The translations under genes and the position numbers were made by a program. A stretch of 64,000 nucleotides of DNA from a virus, in IMG/VR virus record IMGVR_UViG_3300043411_000704, positions 1 to 64,000 of that record; one strand, written 5' to 3'. Positions 8,352-19,022 of the stretch are shown here, piece by piece (the first letter of the stretch is position 1; each line of letters opens with the position of its first letter). A model generated the notes under the pieces. The model ran no database searches and was not told the origin of the DNA. It saw nothing but the letters and a program-made list of their open reading frames with translations.

Positions 8352-10368
8352 ATTCTTTTTCAATTTTAGTTTTGATTACCAAATCATCATAAATCACTTC
8401 ATCGGCTTTGTCAATCCCAGTAAACCAACTATTGGTAGAAATGATGTAGAACTTTTGATTCGCAACTTCTTGAGACAGAATTTTTACAGTCTGTGTCAAT
8501 CCTTCTAGTTCAGTCTGGAGTGCTTTGATAAACAGTTGTTTACCCAATTCATTCTTCATCGCATCATATTTTTTAAACAATACCCACATGATTTCGTCAA
8601 GTGCATTTGGTTTTTTCTTATCCACCATTTTCTGATACGAGTCTTTTGCAGAAATCTTAGAACATCCTTTGATGAATGCATCAATGGAAATCATTGGAAT
8701 ATAATCTGCATTCTCATCTCGCTCAACTTTCTCCTTTTCTGGACTATAACGAAGTTTATAATCAAGTCCCATTTCTTCTAATAGTGCTGCACCCTCAATT
8801 CCCCATTTAAGACGAAGATCATCCCGATGTTTTGCTTCCGCATTATTCTTGATATACCAATTAAGAACCGACACATGTGCCTTTGTCTTGATCAGATTTT
8901 TATTCAGATTAGTAAAATCCTTAATATCAATATTTTTGATATTCGAATCAAATAACGATAGTTCTTGACGAGGGTCAATCACAATCTTTTTACCGTTTTC
9001 GTCCAATACCAGTGCATCAAAATTAAAATCTCCGTTTGATACCAATGTATAGTTTTTAAACGACTCACATTCTATTGGCAAATTAATAGGTGTATCAGTG
9101 TTTTGGTTAAAATTATACAGCTTATTACCCAGGTCTTTATCAAGAATCTCCGTGATTTTACCCTTTCGGACAGTCAGTAAATTGATGTTTGGACGATTTT
9201 CATTACCCTTGATCTCAACAATCTTTGCGACTCCATCAGACTTTACAAACTTCACTTTTGACACATCACCTTTCTTTCGTGTCACATTATTATATTCACT
9301 CAATTTGGTATCAATTGCAACCTGTCCTTTCTGGATTTTTACCTCCAATTCTTTCAACCATTGGTCAAGCATCTGACCTTCCGCAACCGTAGTTTTATTA
9401 ATCAGTTGAACAGTCAGGGCAGACCTTTGAAGTTCATTTTCAGCCCGTCCTTTCTGACTGACAGTAAAGGCTTTTTGTAGCATTCGGGCAGATGTGGTGT
9501 CACCAGCGGCAACAAGTATACTGACGCCTAGATTAGCCTTATTTGCCTTAGAAAGCACGGTTGCCAGAGAATAGACAAACTTTGGATCATTTAGTAACGG
9601 ACTTGGTGATGCCCGTGAATCTCTAATCAGATTCTCAACTTCAAAATCTTGAAGCCCAAACAATTGGCTTTCGTCCTTGGTGTTTAGCACATCGACCGAT
9701 AGATCATCATTTTGTTGGTAAACAAATATATCTGTATCAGATACTTGCCATAGATAATCAAATTTCTGATCGAGTGTTACGTTTTTAATCTGTTTTTTGT
9801 TTGTCATGTGCTGTGTATATTCTTGTTCTAATTCAATATGGTCCGAAATATGACTGAATTGACCTTTAAATGCCTTGGCCATATCAAGCAGCAATTCTCG
9901 ATTATAATAATTGGAATACCCAATGACCCGAGCTTCTAGTGGAAGTTGTTGAATGTCTTGACAAATCTGAATAATACGTGCATGTCCGGCCCCCATATTA
10001 GAATGGCCATCACTCAAGAAAATGAGTGAGCTATTTTTGACACCAGTAGACAAACTTACATCGACTATCACATTACTCAATGAACTTAGAACATCAGAAT
10101 AATTGGTTAATCCCCTACTATAGATATTTCGATCAATTAGTTGATCAAAAGTATCGGTGTTGATTGTTGCACCTTTTACAATCCAGTCAAAGTCATCAGA
10201 GAACCATGCAATCGAAATCGTATCTTTTGGTCCAAGAAGGTTTTTCATTGATTGAACCGTCTTTTTCAAGACATCAATGGATGAATACATTGAACCGCTT
10301 GTATCAGTAACTACATAGTAATTACGTGGTTCGGTTTGGGTTTCGCTTTTTTCTATTTTAATGTTCAT
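8344..10368 (-). CDS. von Willebrand factor A domain protein
   Basis: DTSGSM MIDAS, GLTNY, FLSDG motifs. Confidence 0.85.
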   Translation of the reverse strand: MNIKIEKSETQTEPRNYYVVTDTSGSMYSSIDVLKKTVQSMKNLLGPKDTISIAWFSDDFDWIVKGATINTDTFDQLIDRNIYSRGLTNYSDVLSSLSNVIVDVSLSTGVKNSSLIFLSDGHSNMGAGHARIIQICQDIQQLPLEARVIGYSNYYNRELLLDMAKAFKGQFSHISDHIELEQEYTQHMTNKKQIKNVTLDQKFDYLWQVSDTDIFVYQQNDDLSVDVLNTKDESQLFGLQDFEVENLIRDSRASPSPLLNDPKFVYSLATVLSKANKANLGVSILVAAGDTTSARMLQKAFTVSQKGRAENELQRSALTVQLINKTTVAEGQMLDQWLKELEVKIQKGQVAIDTKLSEYNNVTRKKGDVSKVKFVKSDGVAKIVEIKGNENRPNINLLTVRKGKITEILDKDLGNKLYNFNQNTDTPINLPIECESFKNYTLVSNGDFNFDALVLDENGKKIVIDPRQELSLFDSNIKNIDIKDFTNLNKNLIKTKAHVSVLNWYIKNNAEAKHRDDLRLKWGIEGAALLEEMGLDYKLRYSPEKEKVERDENADYIPMISIDAFIKGCSKISAKDSYQKMVDKKKPNALDEIMWVLFKKYDAMKNELGKQLFIKALQTELEGLTQTVKILSQEVANQKFYIISTNSWFTGIDKADEVIYDDLVIKTKIEKEYV

Positions 10369-10684
10369 ATTTTATTATTTGTTGGGCTTTTTCTTTAACT
10401 TTTTCAAACTCAAGATTTTCGTTCTCAAATCTTCCGTCCATTTCACGCAAAATATACAAATCGGTTTTCAGTTCAGATGCAATTAGTTTCAACCTATTTT
10501 CATCCAAGGTAAAGTCAATGTCACCATACCAAATTTTACCTTGTCCTTCTACAAATATATTTGCATTGAAATAAACAATGTTATTCGGAAATGTCTTCAC
10601 ATACATGGATTTTGAATACCCAATCATTCGTGATTTATGATATCTATATTTTCTAAATATTAGATCAATCTCGTAGTCGTTCAT
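10358..10684 (-). CDS. Hypothetical protein
   Basis: ORF in operon. Confidence 0.7.
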   Translation of the reverse strand: MNDYEIDLIFRKYRYHKSRMIGYSKSMYVKTFPNNIVYFNANIFVEGQGKIWYGDIDFTLDENRLKLIASELKTDLYILREMDGRFENENLEFEKVKEKAQQIIKYEH

Positions 10685-10866
10685 TTGATTATTTTATAGT
10701 CTTGTTTAAATTTTTCTTTAGGAAGGTAAAGTTCTTTTTTGGTATCCTCATGATAAATTGTCATGTTTGGATCATCTGGATAGATGAACAGACTATACTT
10801 TCCACTTCGACTGTTGTCAAGTAAACATTGTAAGTTTTTAACAAAATATGTGTATTCTAGGTCCAT
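10681..10866 (-). CDS. Hypothetical protein
   Basis: ORF in operon. Confidence 0.55.
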   Translation of the reverse strand: MDLEYTYFVKNLQCLLDNSRSGKYSLFIYPDDPNMTIYHEDTKKELYLPKEKFKQDYKIIK

Positions 10867-10868
10867 AA

Positions 10869-11837
10869 TTAAAAATTTCCTTCTTCACACTGAAATACCT
10901 GTAATCCTATTTTACGTTCCATGTCAACTACTTTTTGCCGATCATCAAATACCGCAATTGGAAAATAGTGCGGAGCAATATCATTTTTCAAAATCTCATA
11001 TTTGATAATATCATCGGGGCGCATATCGTTCTGTGGACGCATAAACAATTCAAATGCCACTCCAAAATATTTTTTTAACCACAAGGTCGTCTCTTCTCTA
11101 CAGATAGCATCTCGGCCAGACATAAACACTAATTCTGCCTTGTCATTGCGAAATCCGATGGAACCTGATGGAACGATATGTGATCTACATCTATTAACGA
11201 TATCTATAACCTGTTGCTTGGGTTCATCTTCACCCACTCGTTTCCAGTCAAACGGACCACGACCAACCATTTTAGCGACGGTATTGTCAATATCAACAAT
11301 CAGACACTTAGGTTTAGTCTGATCAAAAATCAGTGGCTCAAATTTATAAGGAACATAATCAACCCATTGATTACACTTTTCATACTTAAATTTCTTGAAC
11401 TGCTCTACCTGATGACGAATCACTTGTTCGCCAACCGCATCTTCTCGGTTTTTATCACGATCAATACAGGTATCTACAGAGACATCAAATCGTTTAACCA
11501 GATATTCAAATCCATCGGGTCCACAATTAGCTTTACACACTTTCAAAATATCTGAAATATATCGTGCTTGTAGATGTGTATTATCTATCACAATATTATG
11601 ACTGGCCTTCATTGAGGCGGATAATGATGCATTCGACATCTCAGTCACCAAATTCTCTATGATATCACGGTATTCTTTAGGTCCAGTCCAATACTCTTTT
11701 AAAGACATATTGATCAAACTCTTGCGGAAATCATCCCGATTGAGACGGATATATCCTTGTGTATCAACCAATGATTTTGCATAGGTCGATTTTCCGCTGG
11801 CTGAAGGGCCGCACAACACTTGTATTTTAGATTTCAT
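10869..11837 (-). CDS. pseT: Polynucleotide 5'-kinase/3'-phosphatase
   Basis: GPSASGKST, NRDDFR, DNTH kinase; DIDNT, SGR, FDDR HAD phosphatase. Confidence 0.93.
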   Translation of the reverse strand: MKSKIQVLCGPSASGKSTYAKSLVDTQGYIRLNRDDFRKSLINMSLKEYWTGPKEYRDIIENLVTEMSNASLSASMKASHNIVIDNTHLQARYISDILKVCKANCGPDGFEYLVKRFDVSVDTCIDRDKNREDAVGEQVIRHQVEQFKKFKYEKCNQWVDYVPYKFEPLIFDQTKPKCLIVDIDNTVAKMVGRGPFDWKRVGEDEPKQQVIDIVNRCRSHIVPSGSIGFRNDKAELVFMSGRDAICREETTLWLKKYFGVAFELFMRPQNDMRPDDIIKYEILKNDIAPHYFPIAVFDDRQKVVDMERKIGLQVFQCEEGNF

Positions 11838-11858
11838 GATAAATATTTGATCTGATAA

Positions 11859-11886
11859 AGTATAGTAGAGTATGTCCGAATGTCAA
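11859..11886 (-). promoter_or_regulatory. sigma70-like promoter (TTGACA-16-TATACT)
   Basis: Upstream of pseT on the minus strand. Confidence 0.6.
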
Positions 11887-13616
11887 TTTAAAAGTTTTGA
11901 TATTCCGTTCTCTTTCTCCAATTTTATTATATTTGCATCCAGTGGGATCGCATCAGGTCGATGTGTAATAATATAAAAGCATTCGGAACTTTCTTCTGCA
12001 ATATTTTTTAGCAATTCTTGAATCTCTTCCTGTCCCCTAATATCCAGCCCTGAGTCTAACAATTCGTCTAGCACCGTCAAATTGACCTCTACATTACTTT
12101 GTAATCGTCTGATATCTCGGAATGCAAACAACAGTGCAAAATCAATTCTTTTGGCTTCTCCACCGCTTGCATTACCGTAACATATTTCTTTACCATGTTT
12201 ATTCAATATCTGTTCTTCAAAAAATTCATTGAACTGACATGTGTGTGGACTACCTAATTTCTGTAGATAATATGCAAGCCTGTTATTCAGCGTATCTAAT
12301 ATTTTTTTCACAATAATAGATTTTACACCCTGATTAGAGGTCACAAACTTCGTGCCGCTCTTTATCCTCAACTGTTTTTCCAACCCCAAATGTGTGGCCT
12401 GTAATTCATCTAACTTTGTTTTCTGATCAAGTATTTTTGCTTCAAATGGGTTAACCTGATTAATAATCTCCTGTTTTTTATTTTCTAACTGTTCTATCAG
12501 AGTTCGGATACTAGAAAATAATTCTTGTTCTTTTTTAAAAACACCTATTTTCTGTTCTAGTTCTGTTCGTTCTTTCTTGTATGTCTGAACAGTATTTCGA
12601 ACCTTTGTCGTCAACACATTTAATTTCTGTAAAGTTGATTTCACAGTCTCTAATTGGCCAACAATTTTATTTTTTTCAACCAAAATTTCGTCCGGGTCAT
12701 GATCACCCATCGGTCTTTTACAGGTTGGGCAATTAAATTGTATTTGATCAAATTTTTTAATCTCTTTTTCCAGCCCAGAAATTTGGGATTCCAGTTGTGC
12801 TTTCTTCACATCCGATTTCTGTAATTTCTGATCTTGTTCCAAAATTTTGGAATCTATTTGTGTTATCTGTGTATCTATTTCCGCTATTTCGACCGATTTA
12901 TCAACCGGCTGAACCTCCTGATATTCATGTATTTTATTGTCTATTTCTGATATTTTTAATGCCCGTTTAGCATTAAATTCGGTATAATACTTTTCGTCAT
13001 TAACAATAGATTTCTTCAATTCTTCTAAAACGGTCTCTGACTTATCAACTACCTTCTGATGCTCATTAAATTCTTTTTTTGCCTGTTCGTGCATCTTGGA
13101 AAATACTTCTAGTGAAAGTATTCCTTCAATGAACTTTGTTTTCTGGTCTTTAGACTGCCCTAAAAATCTATTCTTCTGATCATTAGTCATGACCAATGTA
13201 TTGTTGAATATGGTTTTGGTTATACCCAGAATATTAATAATATCTTTGTTTGTTTCGGGTATTGTTCGGGTAATATCTATCCCGTTTTTATACAAGTATA
13301 GTTTGTTCGGTTTTAATGACCTAATAATTTTATACCGATCATCGTTCAGATCAAACCATAATTCCACTATACATTCATCTTTTTGATTCTCGTTGATTAT
13401 ACCAGATTGATTAATATCTCTATAAGTCTCTCCAAATAGAGCAAAACTGATAGACTCTACTAACAAAGTAGTTTTTCCAACGCCATTGAACGAATTTTGA
13501 TCTTTGTTGTAACCTGTTACAAACGATAATCCGTTTTTATATTCAAATTCAATGGGATCAGGGCCAAATGATAGAAAGTTTCGAACCTTTACTTTTTCAA
13601 ACTTAATTTTTTGCAT
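11883..13616 (-). CDS. Recombination endonuclease ATPase subunit (T4 gp46/SbcC-like)
   Basis: NFLSFG, NGVGKTT, CPTC zinc hook, SGGE signature, LDE Walker B, ITH. Confidence 0.95.
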   Translation of the reverse strand: MQKIKFEKVKVRNFLSFGPDPIEFEYKNGLSFVTGYNKDQNSFNGVGKTTLLVESISFALFGETYRDINQSGIINENQKDECIVELWFDLNDDRYKIIRSLKPNKLYLYKNGIDITRTIPETNKDIINILGITKTIFNNTLVMTNDQKNRFLGQSKDQKTKFIEGILSLEVFSKMHEQAKKEFNEHQKVVDKSETVLEELKKSIVNDEKYYTEFNAKRALKISEIDNKIHEYQEVQPVDKSVEIAEIDTQITQIDSKILEQDQKLQKSDVKKAQLESQISGLEKEIKKFDQIQFNCPTCKRPMGDHDPDEILVEKNKIVGQLETVKSTLQKLNVLTTKVRNTVQTYKKERTELEQKIGVFKKEQELFSSIRTLIEQLENKKQEIINQVNPFEAKILDQKTKLDELQATHLGLEKQLRIKSGTKFVTSNQGVKSIIVKKILDTLNNRLAYYLQKLGSPHTCQFNEFFEEQILNKHGKEICYGNASGGEAKRIDFALLFAFRDIRRLQSNVEVNLTVLDELLDSGLDIRGQEEIQELLKNIAEESSECFYIITHRPDAIPLDANIIKLEKENGISKLLN

Positions 13617-13634
13617 TACATACTATATCACATT

Positions 13635-13865
13635 TCACAAATTCTGCACTAATTTTTTAGCTATTTCAAATTTTTCTTCAGATGACAGATTTTCGTTGAC
13701 CGGATCTTTGGATACGATTTCTAAAAATTTTAGAATCAATGCAGTATCTAATTTATCCTCAACAACTGCATTAGTAGAAGCCTCATTTTTCGGTGTAGGC
13801 ACCTCAAATTGATTCTTTCCAGACGGAATATTATCAAAACCAAAGACTGAGCGATATGAATTCAT
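13635..13865 (-). CDS. Hypothetical protein
   Basis: ATG at 13865 preferred. Confidence 0.55.
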   Translation of the reverse strand: MNSYRSVFGFDNIPSGKNQFEVPTPKNEASTNAVVEDKLDTALILKFLEIVSKDPVNENLSSEEKFEIAKKLVQNL

Positions 13866-13872
13866 ATAACTG

Positions 13873-14442
13873 TTACTTATGCCCAAATTCTTTGGTTGCA
13901 ATAGTGTTGTAACCACTTTTTTCTAAATTGTAGCCATTATCTTCCAATCTTTTTACACACACCTTATATTTTTGACCACCCCAAGACAATGGACCATCTG
14001 AATGAATGTATTCAAACATTATGTAGGGTATATAGAATTCTTCTAAATTTATGGAATTGATTATATCTATGTCAAAACCCTCCGCATCAACATATAGTCT
14101 ATCAATATTGGTATAGGTCTTTAACAACGAATTTATAGAAATAGTTGAAACCGAAATTGAATGCTGTTGTGTATGCCCATGTTGTTTTATGTGCTCTGAA
14201 TTACATGAACTATGTTGACTCACCGAATCATTTAGAGGCATATACAATTCTACATATTGATCATCTACGGTAGACACCGCTTTTCCTATAATCTCAATAT
14301 TATACCCATCATAGCATTTTCTAAGTTCATCTATACAATTAGGATTAGGTTCTACTAAAACCAATAAGTCAGGTTTGTTAGCCCACGCATATTCGGTGAC
14401 ATGATCATTCCCCACATGGGCACCTATTTGTATAATGGTCCA
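13873..14442 (-). CDS. FkbM-family methyltransferase with anomalous 5' end
   Basis: IIQIGAHVG motif I lies upstream of the called GTG (14415); VEPNP, VDAEGFD, IMFE motifs. Confidence 0.8.
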   Translation of the reverse strand, partial: WTIIQIGAHVGNDHVTEYAWANKPDLLVLVEPNPNCIDELRKCYDGYNIEIIGKAVSTVDDQYVELYMPLNDSVSQHSSCNSEHIKQHGHTQQHSISVSTISINSLLKTYTNIDRLYVDAEGFDIDIINSINLEEFYIPYIMFEYIHSDGPLSWGGQKYKVCVKRLEDNGYNLEKSGYNTIATKEFGHK

Positions 14443-14952
14443 TTATTTCTGGGCATCTATTACTATGGTTTCGATATCATTTATTTTCACACCTATAACG
14501 TTTTGGTGATGTAGTGTGTTTTTCATGTCTTCTGGAACTTCTGCTAATACTTTAAAACCCATACAAGATACCACAGCATTCAAGCTATCGGGCTCCCACA
14601 TAGTTTGATGACCGTGGTTGAAAATAATGGATTTAACCGAGTCTTTTAATGTTGCTTCACCCCAACCATGTTTTTTAATAAAGTCAAAATATTCTTGATC
14701 TGCCAATCGAAAGATTCTACTTGCACAAGGAACTGCAAGTCTAATATATCCACCTTTTTTGATTATCCTATAACATTCTTCAACAAAATTCCATGCATCA
14801 TGAATCGAAATATGCTCCATCACATGTTCTGCCAATACACAATCAACCGAATCATTTTCAAAAGGTAATTTTTTAGAAATATCTATTTCATAATCATAGT
14901 TTTCCCATCCCTGTAATCTATTACCACCACATCCAAATTGAACTTTTCTCAT
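14443..14952 (-). CDS. Class I SAM methyltransferase (Methyltransf_11-like)
   Basis: FGCG, LPFENDSVD, EHVMEH, RIIKKGG..RLAVP. Confidence 0.88.
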   Translation of the reverse strand: MRKVQFGCGGNRLQGWENYDYEIDISKKLPFENDSVDCVLAEHVMEHISIHDAWNFVEECYRIIKKGGYIRLAVPCASRIFRLADQEYFDFIKKHGWGEATLKDSVKSIIFNHGHQTMWEPDSLNAVVSCMGFKVLAEVPEDMKNTLHHQNVIGVKINDIETIVIDAQK

Positions 14953-14960
14953 GATATTAT

Positions 14961-15584
14961 TTATTTTTGTTTTATGTATAATGCGTCACCCCAAGTTCCA
15001 CCAATCCAATTAGTATCAACTCTTCTAAATGATAATTTATTCAAAAAAGTATCCAAATCTTCAATTAAACAACAATTTTCATATAATTCTACATTATTAA
15101 CCTCTGTCATTATATAATCAACATGATTTAATGTATTTATAGCACCATTAAATACAGATAATTCAAATCCCTGAACATCAATTGCTATGAAATTAAAGGA
15201 GGGGTCCACTGATAAACTATCCAGAGTCTTTACTTCAACAGAAATTACATCGTTAAATATGATATGTGGATATTGTTTAGTATGTATTTTTGGCTTCAAT
15301 AATGAATTGCTTTGTCCATTATTATTGGTCTCTACATATAACTTCATATAACTCTGAGTATCACCCAATGCGTAATTATGATAAACTATATCAGAATATT
15401 GGATGCAGTTTTTTTTCAATATTTTAAAATTTTCTATACTAGGTTCAAAAACTTGAATTTTTACATTGGGCCAAATTTTTCTATATTCTCCTATTTCTTC
15501 ACCATAGTGGGCACCAATATGTAATATGCCAGTAACATTATTAATTTGATGTTTTTCTATCAACGTTTTGAGGTCAAATACCAT
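14961..15584 (-). CDS. FkbM-family methyltransferase
   Basis: LHIGAHYGEE, FEP, IDVQGFEL, TEVN, WGDALY. Confidence 0.92.
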   Translation of the reverse strand: MVFDLKTLIEKHQINNVTGILHIGAHYGEEIGEYRKIWPNVKIQVFEPSIENFKILKKNCIQYSDIVYHNYALGDTQSYMKLYVETNNNGQSNSLLKPKIHTKQYPHIIFNDVISVEVKTLDSLSVDPSFNFIAIDVQGFELSVFNGAINTLNHVDYIMTEVNNVELYENCCLIEDLDTFLNKLSFRRVDTNWIGGTWGDALYIKQK

Positions 15585-15588
15585 AAAT

Positions 15589-16332
15589 TTAATAATATAT
15601 TTTAATCATATCAGAGCGATACACATCATCCACTTGATAATCTTTGTTCCATTTATAAGGTGCGGTAGATAACTGCACATTCCCTAAATAACTACCCCAC
15701 CAACTAAAACTACTATTTGATAAAATACAGTATTGACTTTCTGCTAGATACCTCAATCCTTGCACGTCATCTGATACTAATCCATCCACATCATAACCAT
15801 TTAATATATTTTTGGCCATAGGTATATCATCACTAATCATTCTAAATTTGGTATTTGGGTTAACAGACCTGATGTGTTCTATAGAATTAATGTAATATTG
15901 TCTATTACATATATTAAACATATGATTACATGGAGATAAATAATCTGTCAATCTTATATGTATAGTGCATACATTTGGTATTTTAGTTATGTCTATGAAA
16001 CCAAATTTTTCAATTAATTGTTGTTTATATTTTGAAAAATATTTTTCGCTTTGGAAATAACCGTCAATCAATAAATTAGAACTATATGGTATCGGTTCAT
16101 AATTTACATATGATCTTCCATCGTAGACATTTATATTTTGTGTATCTGTTTCAATAAAATCTTTGAAAATATTTTTCTTATAATTCTTAATCCCATGTCC
16201 TATCTGTCCGATTTCTTTGTGATTATTAAAATTAATACAGTATGTGTCATTATTATCTAATGCTAGTGCGTATCCGGTTGCAACTTGAAACAGTTGATTC
16301 CCTAATCCTCCTCTATAGTTTCCTGTAATCAT
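15589..16332 (-). CDS. GT11 alpha-1,2-fucosyltransferase-like
   Basis: GGLGNQLFQ, GYFQSEKYF, HIRLTDY, NSSFSWW. Confidence 0.92.
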   Translation of the reverse strand: MITGNYRGGLGNQLFQVATGYALALDNNDTYCINFNNHKEIGQIGHGIKNYKKNIFKDFIETDTQNINVYDGRSYVNYEPIPYSSNLLIDGYFQSEKYFSKYKQQLIEKFGFIDITKIPNVCTIHIRLTDYLSPCNHMFNICNRQYYINSIEHIRSVNPNTKFRMISDDIPMAKNILNGYDVDGLVSDDVQGLRYLAESQYCILSNSSFSWWGSYLGNVQLSTAPYKWNKDYQVDDVYRSDMIKIYY

Positions 16333-16365
16333 AATATTTATTAATATGCATAACGCAATCTTTAG

Positions 16366-16935
16366 TTATTTACGAATATAAATTGATAATGTGGGCTTAA
16401 TCCACTTGGCGGTCGATATTTTTCTCAATTCTTTGGAATATTCGGCTTCCCATTTAAATCCAATAGAATCTAATTTTTCGTTCCAATAATTCTGATCCCT
16501 ACAATTTACATGGTGATAACCACCAGTTGACCATTGGGGTTCGGAATATGTCATAAAAATGAAATCGGCACAATTAAATGTTGCCAAAAAATTCTCCACA
16601 TATTTTTCTTCAACATGTTCAACGAACTCACATGTCCAAACCGCATCAAAATCTTGAGATGGAACATATGGTCCTGATGTATAATCGTGTCGAATAAGCA
16701 AATCTTTATTGGGACTTCCATCAATGACTAATTGAGATCCCTCAACTCCGACAGCATTCAATCCCTTTTCTTTGAAATATTTGATTGACCATCCTTCACC
16801 ACAACCCACATCAATGATTGATCTTACTCCGTATTTTTCGATCAAAATATCCCAAATATTAGTATCCCATGTATCGGAGTCGCCGCCTTTTACACAACCG
16901 CCTAGATGCCCGTCCCTAATTAATTCGTATGCCAT
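16366..16935 (-). CDS. Class I SAM methyltransferase
   Basis: IDVGCGEG, EFVEHV, GGYHHVN. Confidence 0.88.
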   Translation of the reverse strand: MAYELIRDGHLGGCVKGGDSDTWDTNIWDILIEKYGVRSIIDVGCGEGWSIKYFKEKGLNAVGVEGSQLVIDGSPNKDLLIRHDYTSGPYVPSQDFDAVWTCEFVEHVEEKYVENFLATFNCADFIFMTYSEPQWSTGGYHHVNCRDQNYWNEKLDSIGFKWEAEYSKELRKISTAKWIKPTLSIYIRK

Positions 16936-16937
16936 TT

Positions 16938-17606
16938 CTATATTAATCCTTCTGTTCTCAATAAATCAAGTTCTTCCACAGTCACTTGCTGTATATACCA
17001 ATGTTTATCGTTGATATTAAATGGTCGATCTCGATCATAACCAAAACTCAATTTAGAATGATTATGAAGTCTTGTAAATTTATATTCTGGTAAAACATCT
17101 TTATCATCATCTTGTGCAAGGCTCGCAATGATGGCAGGAATAGCATTTCTCTTAACCAAGAATAATGATTGTGCTACACCTATCAGCTTACATGATCCAA
17201 CAACAATATCACTATTTCCAATATCTTGATATAACTGATCGACGATACCTTCACCAAACCATAAGCAATCTTGTTCCTTGTAAAGAAAATCAACATTGTT
17301 GAGATATGCGTGCATCATACCAAAAACTACACCGGCTGTCCAGCCACACCATTTACCTTGACGAGAGCCATTTAAATAATCTCCTACATGACCTAAATTT
17401 GGGTAATCTGCTATCTGTCGAATCCATAGAAATCTATCATCTGATGGAATATCAGGACCAAATAGGTTGATTTGAGTGTTCTTTGAAAACTTTTGTGTGT
17501 TTGAATACCAAATATTTAGCCACTGATCAGAGCCTAATCCTCCGTATTGCGTATTTGATATATGGGGATTGGGATTTCTGTAAAATCCCGAGTATATATT
17601 ATACAT
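16938..17606 (-). CDS. Putative glycosyltransferase (GT-A-like)
   Basis: YKEQDCL (ExD) motif; located in glycan island. Confidence 0.45.
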   Translation of the reverse strand: MYNIYSGFYRNPNPHISNTQYGGLGSDQWLNIWYSNTQKFSKNTQINLFGPDIPSDDRFLWIRQIADYPNLGHVGDYLNGSRQGKWCGWTAGVVFGMMHAYLNNVDFLYKEQDCLWFGEGIVDQLYQDIGNSDIVVGSCKLIGVAQSLFLVKRNAIPAIIASLAQDDDKDVLPEYKFTRLHNHSKLSFGYDRDRPFNINDKHWYIQQVTVEELDLLRTEGLI

Positions 17607-18240
17607 ATTTTTTATTTATGAAAATAGCGAATCCGTTTCTAACGCTTTCATTTTCTCGAAGCAATTCCCAATCTTCATTATCTTTAAGTTCACGATATAT
17701 TTGATAACATTTGAATGCATGATGAACATCATCCAAAAAGAAAACCTTTGTTCTATCTTTCAATAAAAGATACTCGGAATAACCCACAAATTCTCCACCG
17801 TCTATCAATACACCATCATATAATGTAGCATCAGTTTCTAAAAATCCGGTAGTTTCTTGAAGGGCTTTGCAATCATAATCAAACCAAGTTTTTACTAGGT
17901 CTTTGTCATATTGGTTTCTCGTTTTATTGAAAGGTGAAGACCAAATCTTGTCAAAATCTTTATAAACTAAACTATTATATCCTATACTTGACTGGTTGAC
18001 GCATTTAATGTAAGGGATTTCCCTATATCGGTCTGACAATGTTTTAAATTTTTCTTCATTTATTTCTATACATGTCAACTTAACAGGAGTATCTATAGTA
18101 TTCATGGCCTTTACAAAACATGCAGTGGAACCTTCGCCGTCCCATGATCCAATTTCCAGATTGTTGGACAATTTATAAGTTACTATAGTATTATAGATGG
18201 CTTGGCCAAAGGGTTCGTTTAAATGTATTTCTGCGTTCAT
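17599..18240 (-). CDS. Putative SAM methyltransferase
   Basis: LEIGSWDGEGST, LIDGGEF, LDD. Confidence 0.7.
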   Translation of the reverse strand: MNAEIHLNEPFGQAIYNTIVTYKLSNNLEIGSWDGEGSTACFVKAMNTIDTPVKLTCIEINEEKFKTLSDRYREIPYIKCVNQSSIGYNSLVYKDFDKIWSSPFNKTRNQYDKDLVKTWFDYDCKALQETTGFLETDATLYDGVLIDGGEFVGYSEYLLLKDRTKVFFLDDVHHAFKCYQIYRELKDNEDWELLRENESVRNGFAIFINKKYV

Positions 18241-19016
18241 TTTATTTTTATTACTTGACTATGATCATTTACCCAAGGGAAATAATCTCTTAAATTTACT
18301 GGAAAATCCGTTTCATTCTGCAAGCGCTTCCAATTATTTACCGCTCCTATGTATCCATAATAGTTTTCTTTAAATTCCAATTGTTTTTCTAGTGCATATG
18401 CATAATGATCGAAAATCCATCCCTTTTCTTGTGTAAAATCATTCGATAAAAAATTATGCAACCCGTGGATTCTTGGTGGTTCATGTGTTCTCCAACTAGT
18501 TTTGTTCCTGACTTTCCATAATCTACACCATTCATCTGCTTTATTTCCATAGCAATTTTCACCCCGTGTAATTAGGTTTGGACCAACATAATAATTACAT
18601 TTGAAAAGCATCCCATCAAAGCCATCATTTGTTTCCGCATAATTCAAAACATCTGTCAATATTTCAGGCTTCCAGATTTCATCCACATCAAATTCCATTA
18701 GAATAGAATTCTCGACCCTATCCATGAATGAATTACACATCTCAGTCTTACCATTCCAAAATTCACCAGGATTTTTCCTAATAACTGTCACGTTATCGTC
18801 GCTCAACGAGTCTAAGAATTCTGTTGTTCCATCATTAGACCAACCGTTGTCTGTGAATTTAGTTATATCAATATTCTTACACCATGCTGTATCTTTAACT
18901 GGTAGAGAATATCCTTCGATAATATACCATTTATCAAAAATCTTGGGAATGATCTTTGCTTGTTGTTCGATATAAGGCTGTCCATTAAGGACTATTGTAA
19001 ATGCTACCTTTTTCAT
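18237..19016 (-). CDS. GT2-like glycosyltransferase
   Basis: FTIVLNG, SNDGT, FDVDEIW (DxD), FDHYAY. Confidence 0.75.
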   Translation of the reverse strand: MKKVAFTIVLNGQPYIEQQAKIIPKIFDKWYIIEGYSLPVKDTAWCKNIDITKFTDNGWSNDGTTEFLDSLSDDNVTVIRKNPGEFWNGKTEMCNSFMDRVENSILMEFDVDEIWKPEILTDVLNYAETNDGFDGMLFKCNYYVGPNLITRGENCYGNKADEWCRLWKVRNKTSWRTHEPPRIHGLHNFLSNDFTQEKGWIFDHYAYALEKQLEFKENYYGYIGAVNNWKRLQNETDFPVNLRDYFPWVNDHSQVIKIK

Positions 19017-19022
19017 TAGAAT

